Assembly: GCA_017503265.1 (NCBI GenBank)
Contig: JAFVTK010000028.1
Location: 1-48,651 of the forward strand
DNA from: Clostridia bacterium
GTDB taxonomy: Bacteria > Bacillota > Clostridia > Christensenellales > Borkfalkiaceae
Length of the DNA stretch: 48,651 nucleotides
Direction: 5' to 3'
Below are positions 1 to 8,048 of the stretch, piece by piece. The translations under genes were made by a program, and so were the position numbers. Under the pieces are notes generated by a model, which did not search any database, was not told the origin of the DNA, and saw only the letters and a list, made by a program, of their open reading frames with translations. Numbering within the stretch: position 1 is the stretch's first letter; each line of letters starts with the position of its first letter.

Positions 1-136
1 CACCGTATTCGTGTTCACACTTTGACTGCTTGTTTTTCTTTACTGCGTTTGAAATGGCGATAATACCGCCGGTTACTATAGCGACAGCCAATACTGCGCC
101 GATTATTATTAAAATAAGTCTTGTCTTTTTAGACAT
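1..136 (-). CDS. N-terminal part of a single-pass membrane-anchored protein (gene runs off the left edge)
   Basis: ATG at 136..134 with a GGAGG SD (150..146) 9 nt upstream. Translation is MSKKTRLILIIIGAVLAVAIVTGGIIAISNAVKKNKQSKCEHEYG.., i.e. one N-terminal TM helix. The frame stays open to position 2. Not in the ORF track because it is truncated. Confidence 0.5.
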   Translation of the reverse strand, partial: MSKKTRLILIIIGAVLAVAIVTGGIIAISNAVKKNKQSKCEHEYG

Positions 137-161
137 TTTAATTTTCCTCCTTTAAAAATTT

Positions 162-194
162 AAAGGGGTGTAAACTTAATTACACCCCTTTTTT
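162..194 (-). terminator. Stem-loop terminator (works on both strands) after ORF 215..562
   Basis: GGGGTGTA (165..172) pairs with TACACCCC (181..188) around an 8-nt loop. A T6 run follows on the + strand and TTTAAATTTTT follows on the - strand. Confidence 0.55.
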
Positions 195-214
195 CTATGC
201 TTTTAACTAGAATT

Positions 215-562
215 TTAGCGTAAAAGCATACCAAGTAACGCCTTATCCGACTCTTGGAAGGGCTTAATTTTACACTCGTAAATTACTCCGTCTTCATCTA
301 CGGATTTTACGCCGTAAGTATTGCCCGTCATAGTAACTCTTCCCTTTTCATCCTTGATTTCAAACGGTGAAACGGTAAGTTCGGCTTCGTTTGAGTCACC
401 AAATACTATTTCAAGTACGGTATAACCCCCAAAGTCCGGTGGCGTTATTCTAACCTTTACTTCTTTGCCTCTTATTACGCCTTTTACAAAATACGAAAAA
501 TGCTCTTTATTATCTTTGCCTAAATATGATTCTCTTTCTACCATTATCTTTGCTTTATTCAT
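215..562 (-). CDS. Hypothetical protein, 115 aa (mobile-element/phage-like small gene)
   Basis: Intact ORF with an AGGAG SD upstream of the ATG at 562. No family recognised. Followed by the terminator. Confidence 0.7.
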   Translation of the reverse strand: MNKAKIMVERESYLGKDNKEHFSYFVKGVIRGKEVKVRITPPDFGGYTVLEIVFGDSNEAELTVSPFEIKDEKGRVTMTGNTYGVKSVDEDGVIYECKIKPFQESDKALLGMLLR

Positions 563-583
563 ATTAAATTCTCCTTATTATGC

Positions 584-880
584 TTATTTCTTTCCTTTCT
601 TTTCTGCTTTTTCAGGCTCAGGTAACTTAGTACCCTTTTCTCTTGAATACGCTTCCGCCTGTTCTTTGGTAAAGCCTGCTTCCATTGCCTTCTTGTAACG
701 ATACAAGCCCGCATTATCCGATTGGGCAAGCATATATCCCGACCTTAAACCTTTATTATAATCGTCTAAAGGTTGGTCTTTGTTAGGACCTCTTTCGTGA
801 ATACCTTTCTTACGCTCTTCGGCATAGCCTTTCGCTCTCTTTTTAGGGCTAAACCATTTTCTAATTTTATTGTCTGCCAT
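584..880 (-). CDS. Hypothetical lysine-rich basic protein, 98 aa
   Basis: Intact ORF with an AGGAGA SD. It lies 21 nt upstream of the next gene. No family recognised. Confidence 0.65.
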   Translation of the reverse strand: MADNKIRKWFSPKKRAKGYAEERKKGIHERGPNKDQPLDDYNKGLRSGYMLAQSDNAGLYRYKKAMEAGFTKEQAEAYSREKGTKLPEPEKAEKKGKK

Positions 881-1096
881 ATTAGTTCTCCTAAATTTTT
901 AATTTATTGTGCCTACTTCTGTTGAAAGTTTTTCTTTCGGTTTTCGGCTATTAAGTTGTTTTTTATAATTAGCACTCTTTGCCTTTCTTGGAACAATCCG
1001 TCCCGTGCAAATTTGTGTAGGTGGCCACCTTTACCGCTTGCGACACGAAACTTTTCGTCTAAATCTTCGCAATGAGTGTTATTACCTTATTCTTGG

Positions 1097-1273
1097 CTTT
1101 AAGTCAACGTATGGCTGATTTTTTGAAAGGATTAGATGCAAGCAAGACGGGATTTTTGCGAGATTTTTGCAAGGGAATTACCTTGTTGGTAATCGGAATT
1201 GCAAAAAGCCGTAAAAAGACTAGTATTGCGATCTAGATAAGACTTTCAATTTCTGCCACGAGTTGACTTAAAG
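1097..1273. repeat. 177-bp non-coding segment bounded by a perfect 12-bp inverted repeat, with internal short repeats
   Basis: CTTTAAGTCAAC (1097..1108) is the exact reverse complement of GTTGACTTAAAG (1262..1273). Inside are a tandem GATTTTTGC x2 (1151..1159, 1162..1170), an inverted copy TTGCAAAAA (1199..1207), and an ATTACC/GGTAAT hairpin (1177..1194). Confidence 0.5.
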
Positions 1274-1274
1274 A

Positions 1275-1523
1275 CTATTCAATATAAGTGCGTGTATACA
1301 TTGTGGACGGTAAGCGCTTGCCATTTTTATTCTTTCGCTTGCCATAAACGGTTTTATATGCAATTTCTCTTTCCGGCGTTCGCTTGTAATACGTATCGTC
1401 GCTAACTACCTGACTTGCACCGCTACTATCCGTTACGATATGTATTTCTTGCTTTACGATAAAGCCTTTCGTTCGGTAGACGTTGGTTGCATTTACCATA
1501 AAATCCATCGTCGCTACTATCAT
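1275..1523 (-). CDS. Hypothetical protein, 82 aa (start moved from the ORF-track TTG at 1544 to the ATG at 1523)
   Basis: AAGGAGG SD (1535..1529) lies 5 nt before the ATG at 1523. The ORF-track start at 1544 is a TTG with no SD. No family recognised. Confidence 0.6.
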   Translation of the reverse strand: MIVATMDFMVNATNVYRTKGFIVKQEIHIVTDSSGASQVVSDDTYYKRTPEREIAYKTVYGKRKNKNGKRLPSTMYTRTYIE

Positions 1524-1540
1524 ACCTTCCTCCTTATTTT

Positions 1541-1870
1541 TCAACTTGCGTTTGGCTTACTGAAATCCGACAGTATTGATATCCATATGGATTTTTCTTC
1601 TTCTGGGGCTTGTTCTATGTACTTTCTTATCAAACTTTCTTGTTCGTTTGTTAAATATTGCTTATATAAATAGTATTTATCACTTATATAAACACCCCCA
1701 TCGTGCCCTCGCTTTGTTTCAATCGGATGTTTTAAAGTCAAAAAGGTCAAATCTCGCCTTATCGTACTTTCTCCAACACCAAACTCCACAGCCAAGTGGG
1801 CAACCGTCGTTTTACGGCATCTACATAGATATTTAATTATTTCGATTCTACGTTCTGCCGTATCTATCAT
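1541..1870 (-). CDS. Small HTH transcription regulator (DeoR/HTH_11-type N-terminal domain), 109 aa
   Basis: RRIEIIKYLCRCRKTTVAHLAVEFGVGESTIRRDL fits the DeoR/HTH_11 helix-turn-helix pattern. GAGGTGA SD upstream. Confidence 0.75.
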   Translation of the reverse strand: MIDTAERRIEIIKYLCRCRKTTVAHLAVEFGVGESTIRRDLTFLTLKHPIETKRGHDGGVYISDKYYLYKQYLTNEQESLIRKYIEQAPEEEKSIWISILSDFSKPNAS

Positions 1871-1882
1871 TACTCACCTCAA

Positions 1883-1905
1883 AGTTGTACCCGTAGTTTA
1901 CAACT
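1883..1905. promoter_or_regulatory. Inverted repeat AGTTGTA-N9-TACAACT next to the SD of the HTH gene (candidate autoregulatory operator)
   Basis: The 7-nt arms at 1883..1889 and 1899..1905 are perfect reverse complements. The repeat starts 13 nt upstream of the start codon. Confidence 0.3.
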
Positions 1906-1961
1906 CAAACTGCTAACCTACTGACCAGTTTGAAAAAATAATTTAAAAATTTTTTTTAAAT

Positions 1962-1996
1962 AAAAAAAGACCGCATAATCCTTCTTCGATTACACG
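1962..1996 (-). terminator. Candidate intrinsic terminator closing the long minus-strand operon
   Basis: On the - strand, CGTGTAATC (1996..1988) pairs with GATTATGCG (1980..1972): a 9-bp stem including two G-U pairs, with a 7-nt loop. GUC plus a U7 run follows (A run 1962..1968 on the + strand). Confidence 0.5.
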
Positions 1997-2161
1997 ATCT
2001 TTCCTTAAAGTATTTACTTTTTAAAGCCTATCTTATCCCTTTATTTGTTAATCCTGTTACGTTTTGTCCTTGTACTTCAAAAGATAAATCGTGTAAATCT
2101 AAAGTTTTGCGTCTTTTGTTTATATAATGATTTATCTTTTGTTATAACTTGCTATATCTTG

Positions 2162-3322
2162 TTAGTCAATTATTCCATCCTCTATATCAGCGATATAAAA
2201 CGAAGCATCATATCCTATAACACTTTTATAATGCTCTCCCACGTTTTTGATAAAATCAGCAATTTTATTTTTCTTAACGATACTAACCGTACAACCGCCA
2301 AAGCCCGCTCCCGTCATACGAGAACCTATACATCCCTCTTGCATTTCAGCGCCTTCAACTAAAGCATCTAATTCTTTTCCCGTTACTTCATAATCGTTTT
2401 TCAAGGAATAATGCGATTCGTACATTAACCTACCAAAACGCTCTAGATTGCCCGACTGCAATGCCTCTACACTCTTTTTTACTCTCTCACACTCGCTTGT
2501 AACGTGCTTTGCTCTACGGTATAACCTTTCACCTAACAAATCTTTATACTTCTCTACACTTTCCACTGAAACTTGTGAAAGATTTTCGGCTTTTATCTTC
2601 GTTTGTAAAATTTCTAAAGTTTTTTCAACTTCACTTCTTCGCTCGTTATATTTACTCTCTCTTAAATTGTGTGGTTTATTGCAATTAGCAAGCACCAATA
2701 CGTAATTTTGCAAATCGAGAGGAACGTAAACGTAATCGAGATTTGAGCAGTTTAAAAGCACCGCATAATTCTTCTTTCCGTTTGCCGACGCAAACTGATC
2801 CATAATACCGCAGTTTACACCACAGTAATTATTCTCTGCCCGTTGCGATATAACAGCAAGTTCAACCTTGTCTATTTTGTTTCCACCAAGTTTTGCAAGA
2901 GTGTAAGCAGTAACTACTTCTATCGCTGCGGAAGACGAAAGTCCACTACCGAAAGGAACGGTGCAATCGTACAAAATATCGCAACCAATCAACTTATAGC
3001 CCGCCTTTTTCATTTCATCGGCAACGCCTGCTTGGTAATTTCCCCAAGCAAGATTTTTATAATTTTGAGTGTTTTCTAAATCAATTTCCACCCTATCGTC
3101 AATGGTTGTTGCGGCAATTCTCATAAAATTAGTGCCGTTTTTTCTTACTGCAACCGTGCATTTGAGCGATAAAGCAGCAGGTAAAACTTGCCCACCGCAA
3201 TAGTCTATATGCTCGCCTATTAAGTTTACTCTACCTGCCGCAGAATATATATCCGTTGGATATTCTTTAAAAATATCGTAAAATAGTTGTTTCATTCTAT
3301 TTGTAATAAACAATGTCCTCAA
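2162..3322 (-). CDS. galK: Galactokinase (GHMP kinase)
   Basis: Contains the GalK signature GRVNLIGEHIDYCGG and the GHMP motif PFGSGLSSSAA. The ORF-track start is a TTG at 3322 with a GAAGGAA SD. An alternative ATG at 3295 lies 1 nt after the thrC stop. Confidence 0.93.
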   Translation of the reverse strand: MRTLFITNRMKQLFYDIFKEYPTDIYSAAGRVNLIGEHIDYCGGQVLPAALSLKCTVAVRKNGTNFMRIAATTIDDRVEIDLENTQNYKNLAWGNYQAGVADEMKKAGYKLIGCDILYDCTVPFGSGLSSSAAIEVVTAYTLAKLGGNKIDKVELAVISQRAENNYCGVNCGIMDQFASANGKKNYAVLLNCSNLDYVYVPLDLQNYVLVLANCNKPHNLRESKYNERRSEVEKTLEILQTKIKAENLSQVSVESVEKYKDLLGERLYRRAKHVTSECERVKKSVEALQSGNLERFGRLMYESHYSLKNDYEVTGKELDALVEGAEMQEGCIGSRMTGAGFGGCTVSIVKKNKIADFIKNVGEHYKSVIGYDASFYIADIEDGIID

Positions 3323-4727
3323 TTTCCTTCGTTGTCTTTAAACTCGTCGTTTTTTCCGACTCTTGTAATTTTGCTATTCCTTTAGGAATACTCGTTCCCG
3401 TATGCAATGCAATATCTTTTATAATCTCAAATTCCGACTTGTTATCATCTAAACCTAATGCTATAGCAATAGTACTTGGAAATTTATACGGACTTGCCGT
3501 TGAAACAATAAGTGTTTTACTATCCATTTTCAGATTTTTATAACAGTAAAACGCAACTGCTGTATGCGGGTCAATCAAATAATTATTCTCATCAAACGCC
3601 GTTTTAATAGATTTTAACGTTTGGTTTTCATCCGCATAAAATCCTATAAACTCTTCCATAAAGGATCTTTCTTCTTCGTTTAAAGAATAAACGCCTTTTT
3701 CGTTTAAATCTTGCATAAGAGATTTTACTCTATCTCCGTTTTTTCCAGTCGCCAAATACACGAGTCTTTCAAGATTTGATGAAACTAATATATCCATTGC
3801 CGGGGAATTAGACTTTTTAAACTGCCTATTTTTATCGTAAACACCCGTTGTGAAAAAGTCAGTCAAAACGTTATTTACGTTAGACGCGCAAATAAGTTTA
3901 TTTATAGGAATACCTATTTGCTTAGCAATATAACCTGCAAAAATATCCCCAAAATTACCCGTAGGAACGCAAATATCAAAACTTTCCCCAAACTTAATCC
4001 AACCCGATTCAACACCCCTAAAATAAGCGTATACGTAGTATATAATTTGCGGTACTAACCTACCTATATTGATTGAGTTTGCAGAAGAAATTAGCACCCC
4101 GCTATCTTTAGGGTAAACCTTAAATATGCCTTTTACGAAGTTTTGACAATCGTCAAAGTTTCCTTCTATCGCAAACGCTTTCGTTCTCTCGTCGGTATAA
4201 TATAGCATCTGCTTTTCTTGTATTTCAGACACCCCTTTATACGGATATAATACGACGGTATCAAACGTTCCGCTTTTCATAAAACTAGATAACGCTGCAC
4301 CTCCAGTATCTCCAGACGTTGCAACTAAAATAAGCGACTTGTCCGTAACATTATTTTTCTTTTTAGCAACATCAATGAGGAAGGGAAGTATTGTAAGCGC
4401 CATATCTTTAAAAGCAAGTGTAGGTCCTTTATATAATTCTAAAAAACTTAAACTATTAAAAGTTTTGAACCCAACCATACCCTCTTCAAAATTAACTTGA
4501 TCGTACGCACTATTTACGCAATATGCAATTTCTTCATCCGTATAATCGTCTAAAAAAAGTTTAAATACCTCAATCGCTATTTCTTGGTAAGTTTTTTTAA
4601 TCCACGTAGCATCAAACTCTATGGTAGGAAAAACTTCAGGAATAAACAATCCCCCGTCACTTGCAAGACCTTTTAAAATAGCCTTACTTGCCGTTAATCT
4701 TTCATTACTTCTCGTACTTATATACAT
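3297..4727 (-). CDS. thrC: Threonine synthase (long Firmicutes form), 476 aa
   Basis: N-terminus MYISTRSNERLTASKAILKGLASDGGLFIP, the PLP-lysine context TLAFKDMAL, and the glycine loop TSGDTGGA are typical of ThrC. Confidence 0.9.
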   Translation of the reverse strand: MYISTRSNERLTASKAILKGLASDGGLFIPEVFPTIEFDATWIKKTYQEIAIEVFKLFLDDYTDEEIAYCVNSAYDQVNFEEGMVGFKTFNSLSFLELYKGPTLAFKDMALTILPFLIDVAKKKNNVTDKSLILVATSGDTGGAALSSFMKSGTFDTVVLYPYKGVSEIQEKQMLYYTDERTKAFAIEGNFDDCQNFVKGIFKVYPKDSGVLISSANSINIGRLVPQIIYYVYAYFRGVESGWIKFGESFDICVPTGNFGDIFAGYIAKQIGIPINKLICASNVNNVLTDFFTTGVYDKNRQFKKSNSPAMDILVSSNLERLVYLATGKNGDRVKSLMQDLNEKGVYSLNEEERSFMEEFIGFYADENQTLKSIKTAFDENNYLIDPHTAVAFYCYKNLKMDSKTLIVSTASPYKFPSTIAIALGLDDNKSEFEIIKDIALHTGTSIPKGIAKLQESEKTTSLKTTKEIEDIVYYK

Positions 4728-4759
4728 ATAGCATCACAAATCAATTCTAAATTTTTAGT

Positions 4760-6925
4760 TTATAACCATTTAATTTCATACGGTTTTAACGTAATTTCGT
4801 TTGCCTTACCTTTCATATCGTAAAATACAGTCGTTTGCTTTTCGCTCGTGTTATTTGTTATAGCGTATCTATCGCCGTAGAAATGGGCTTCCGTCAAAGG
4901 ATTTGTACAATAGGACTTCTTGTCCATATCTTCCTTTCCTGCCGTCCAAAGTATCGCTCTATATAAAAGTTTAGCGTTTTCAGCCGAATAAGGAATACCC
5001 GTTATATAAAAACTTCTGCCCTTACCGTAGTTATTGGTAGCCATTTTTACTTCGCCAACGTTTACCTTTCTCGTAAATCTATCCGAGAATACGATATCTA
5101 CGACGTTAGTTCCGTCTAAAGCAAAGATATTTTTCTTGTCTTCGCCGTAGTCAACGGGGGTATTAATTCCGTCTAAAATGAAATGCTCGTCGTGTTTTTC
5201 GATATTATATTTATCTTCGCCAAGGGAAATTCCACACTCTTTATCAACCCCTAAAACGTCCGAAAGTTGGAAGAATTTACCGTTATTTTGAATAGCGGTA
5301 GGCTCGCCTACGCCAATAAATCCACCGCCGTTATAAACGAATTTTCTAACTGCTGTAATTACTTCTTCATCAAGCCAGTTTTCACCGCCACTCCAAGCAG
5401 TTCCTGCGTCGCCTGCGTTTATAACTACGTCAAACTCGTCAAGTCTACCTGCTTTTACGTCTTCAAAATTGATAAATGAAACGTCCACGGGCATTCCCGA
5501 TAACGCTTCGTAAATGCCTTGATAAGAATAACTTTGTTGATACCAAAGTTCGTGAGCCGTCATATTGCACATCCAACTGCGCTTTTTGCCCCAAGCGTTT
5601 AAAACTGCAACTTTTGCAAAATTCTTAGGCGTTTGAGTTTTTACGGTATCGTAAATATATCTAAATTCGTCGCAAATTTCAGCCGCTCTTTGAATAAATT
5701 TGGGGAATTTTGCAGCGAGTTCCAAATAACCGCCAAAACCTATTCTATCAAGTGGATTTCTCATCATTGCCCTTCTTGCAGTTATCCAGTTGTTGTTAAG
5801 TTCTTTTACGGCGTTGTCTTCATTTCCTTCAAAGAAGGTATCGGGGAAGAAATAAGGTAAAAATCTTCCTTCTTTATATCTAACCCCTTCGACGTCGGAA
5901 AGCATTCTAACGGTTACGCCACCCCCGACACTACCAACTAACGCATCCAAGCCCAACTCTTTATATCTTTCACCAAATATTTCCGCGCCTATCCAACAGT
6001 CGCCTAAAAACATCATTGCTTCTTTGTCGTTTTCGTGAGTGATTTTTACTAAATCTTTTACCGTTTCAACAACAAAGTTTTCTACGAAAGCCATCCAGTC
6101 TTTATATTCTTTCGTCGGAATACGGTGAGTTTGATTATAATACCCTGCGTCAACGAGATATTCCGCCCTCATTTTATAGCCGTACTGCTTTTCAAAATCG
6201 TCAAGCATACGTGGACTTACCGCCATATTGTAACCGAACCAGTCTACGTTTCTCTCTTTTCCGTGTTGGTTGAAAACGAGCGAAAACATATATAAAAACG
6301 TCGTAAAACGGATTACGTTGCTTTCAGGGTTTTCGTCGCACCATCTTTGTAAATTTTCTCTTATAAACTTTTTCGTCTTTGGGTAATACGGGTCGTACAT
6401 TATATGGTGTGGCTCGTCCCAGTTGTTGGTTATGTAATTATACATGTGAACGGGATGCCACAACGAAATACCTAAAAACGCAACCGTATATTGATGGAAA
6501 GGCGTAGCGTTTTTTATGACAACGTTACCGCTATCCTGGTCTATAAGCCAATTATCGTGTATTTTGCCCGTCGTTCTGTCTATAACTTCAATATGCTTTA
6601 CTGCATCGGGAGAGAAATCCGGTTTTACCTGTTCGGCGTAAAATGTGTCCATCAAATGAACGGTCAACGTTTCTTCCGTTGCCGTTATAAACGGCGTCAT
6701 AATGAACATATGTTGCCACTCGTCAGGATTGTTTTTCGCCCACTCGTGATTGCCCCTATCTACGAAATATACGTTATAAACCTTGTCGGCAATCTCCTTG
6801 GGATTTTTAGGGAGTTTTACACCGTCGCAATCTCTTACTGCATCTGCTCCCCAAAGGTCGGCTATCTTTTTAGTTCCTTCAACGTAATTTTCGTCTGTGG
6901 GAATAGTAATTCTACCTTTTCTCAT
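4760..6925 (-). CDS. GH112 beta-galactoside phosphorylase (galacto-N-biose/lacto-N-biose or Gal-beta-1,4-Rha phosphorylase family), 721 aa
   Basis: Length and N-terminus (GRITIPTDENYVEGTKKIADLWGADAVRDCDG) match my recollection of LnpA-type GH112 enzymes. No signal peptide. AGGAGA SD. Confidence 0.88.
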   Translation of the reverse strand: MRKGRITIPTDENYVEGTKKIADLWGADAVRDCDGVKLPKNPKEIADKVYNVYFVDRGNHEWAKNNPDEWQHMFIMTPFITATEETLTVHLMDTFYAEQVKPDFSPDAVKHIEVIDRTTGKIHDNWLIDQDSGNVVIKNATPFHQYTVAFLGISLWHPVHMYNYITNNWDEPHHIMYDPYYPKTKKFIRENLQRWCDENPESNVIRFTTFLYMFSLVFNQHGKERNVDWFGYNMAVSPRMLDDFEKQYGYKMRAEYLVDAGYYNQTHRIPTKEYKDWMAFVENFVVETVKDLVKITHENDKEAMMFLGDCWIGAEIFGERYKELGLDALVGSVGGGVTVRMLSDVEGVRYKEGRFLPYFFPDTFFEGNEDNAVKELNNNWITARRAMMRNPLDRIGFGGYLELAAKFPKFIQRAAEICDEFRYIYDTVKTQTPKNFAKVAVLNAWGKKRSWMCNMTAHELWYQQSYSYQGIYEALSGMPVDVSFINFEDVKAGRLDEFDVVINAGDAGTAWSGGENWLDEEVITAVRKFVYNGGGFIGVGEPTAIQNNGKFFQLSDVLGVDKECGISLGEDKYNIEKHDEHFILDGINTPVDYGEDKKNIFALDGTNVVDIVFSDRFTRKVNVGEVKMATNNYGKGRSFYITGIPYSAENAKLLYRAILWTAGKEDMDKKSYCTNPLTEAHFYGDRYAITNNTSEKQTTVFYDMKGKANEITLKPYEIKWL

Positions 6926-6951
6926 TTTTTCTCTCCTATATTTCGTTTCTT

Positions 6952-7230
6952 TTAATCTTTAATAATTACATCTTCATCGCTTAAAATATAAAACGATGCG
7001 TCGTAACCAATAAAGTTTTTATAGTGTTTCCCTAGGTATAATTTCATCTTAAAGTCTATTATATTTTGGTTCTTTGGTCAAGACATTTAAAAATGTTTAT
7101 TAATGTACGAATGTATTAAAATTTATTCCATTTTTTCTAACGACAACACTGCGTTTAAGTGATAAAGCGGTAGGTTAAACTTGCCCACCGCAACAGTCTA
7201 TTTGTTCTCCATTAAGTTTACTCGACTAAT
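6952..7230 (-). pseudogene. galK: Decayed galactokinase remnant (C-terminal and N-terminal pieces, central ~0.9 kb missing)
   Basis: 6952..7044 translates to MKLYLGKHYKNFIGYDASFYILSDEDVIIKD*, compared with the intact GalK C-terminus GEHYKSVIGYDASFYIADIEDGIID*. 7141..7230 aligns at about 80 percent nucleotide identity with 3150..3240 (the GalK GRVNLIGEH region) but carries an indel and in-frame stops. Confidence 0.8.
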
Positions 7231-7244
7231 ATATTTCTTTGATT

Positions 7245-8039
7245 TCACCTATTATCATAATATACCTTAAAATATCTTTCTCCTAGTTCATAAAGGGCTT
7301 GACGGCAAAAATGTATATCGTCGCCATTTCCCGTTTTTTGATTATTTGAAAGCAAATCACAAGTTTCTACAAACCCCGATTTTTTATTATCGTTTACAAC
7401 GCGACGGATTTCGTTTACAATAGGTTCGCAAATTTCTAAATTTTTATTTTTCCAATCGTTTACAAAATCACCTGCAACAAATGGAATTTCCGCGCCATAT
7501 CTGTTACGAACAAAATTAAGTATAAAACTTATTTTTTCGTAGTATTTAGCAGGGGCAAATCCTTCACCTGCATCATTTTCTCCTTGATGCCACAATAGCC
7601 CAACGACTTTATTTTTCGAGTTTAACGATAAGGCATAGTCAACCATATCTTTAAGACGTAAAAATAAAAAACCTTGCTCACTCCAATTCCCTTGTTTAAA
7701 ACCCGTTCCTCCAACAGCAGTTCTTACAATAAGCAATTTTCTCCCTTTCCCCAAAAGTCCTTTCCCTATATACTCTTTTGCAAATGAAAGGGAAAAATCG
7801 CTTCTCATATATCCACAAATTTCTCTTTCTTTTGCAACGTCAATAACGTATGGAAAGTCCTCTTCTGGTTTTATAAAAAGACCCGTTTCAGTCTTTTCTA
7901 TTTCTCTCTTGTCGTAAAGATAAATTATTCTATCGTCTATTTCATACTCTTTATCAATTTCACCGACTCCGTAACCAACGGCATTAGATTGTCCCGCTTG
8001 AATTATTATATCGTAATCACTTAAAAACAATTCACACAT
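7245..8039 (-). CDS. SASA/DUF303-type carbohydrate (sialate-type) O-acetylesterase, 264 aa
   Basis: Motifs QAGQSNAVGYG, LLWHQGENDA and DDIHF match the SASA (sialate O-acetylesterase-like) catalytic blocks. No signal peptide. Confidence 0.75.
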   Translation of the reverse strand: MCELFLSDYDIIIQAGQSNAVGYGVGEIDKEYEIDDRIIYLYDKREIEKTETGLFIKPEEDFPYVIDVAKEREICGYMRSDFSLSFAKEYIGKGLLGKGRKLLIVRTAVGGTGFKQGNWSEQGFLFLRLKDMVDYALSLNSKNKVVGLLWHQGENDAGEGFAPAKYYEKISFILNFVRNRYGAEIPFVAGDFVNDWKNKNLEICEPIVNEIRRVVNDNKKSGFVETCDLLSNNQKTGNGDDIHFCRQALYELGERYFKVYYDNR

Positions 8040-8048
8040 ACTTCACCT

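Noticed and set aside
8-22. 15-nt exact direct repeat TTCGTGTTCACACTT at 8..22 and 46455..46469, considered as possible att-like repeats bracketing the locus.
   Set aside because: About one exact 15-mer match is expected by chance among all pairs in 48.6 kb, and more in AT-rich DNA. The left copy lies inside a coding sequence, and no recombinase is present.
1072-1236. 54-codon + strand ORF (MSVITLFLALSQRMADFLKGLDASKTGFLRDFCKGITLLVIGIAKSRKKTSIAI) in the left non-coding region.
   Set aside because: It has no SD and runs across the repeat and hairpin structures. It is more likely non-coding, and is kept only as a note within the repeat-region finding.
6491-6955. 154-aa + strand ORF. Many other + strand ORFs in the track behave the same way, e.g. 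30410..30853, 30866..31201, 9412..9818, 2045..2362 and 39673..39879.
   Set aside because: These lie antisense or out of frame inside long, well-supported genes. They lack SD sequences and have low-complexity, Phe/Leu/Ile/Ser-rich translations typical of shadow ORFs in AT-rich DNA.
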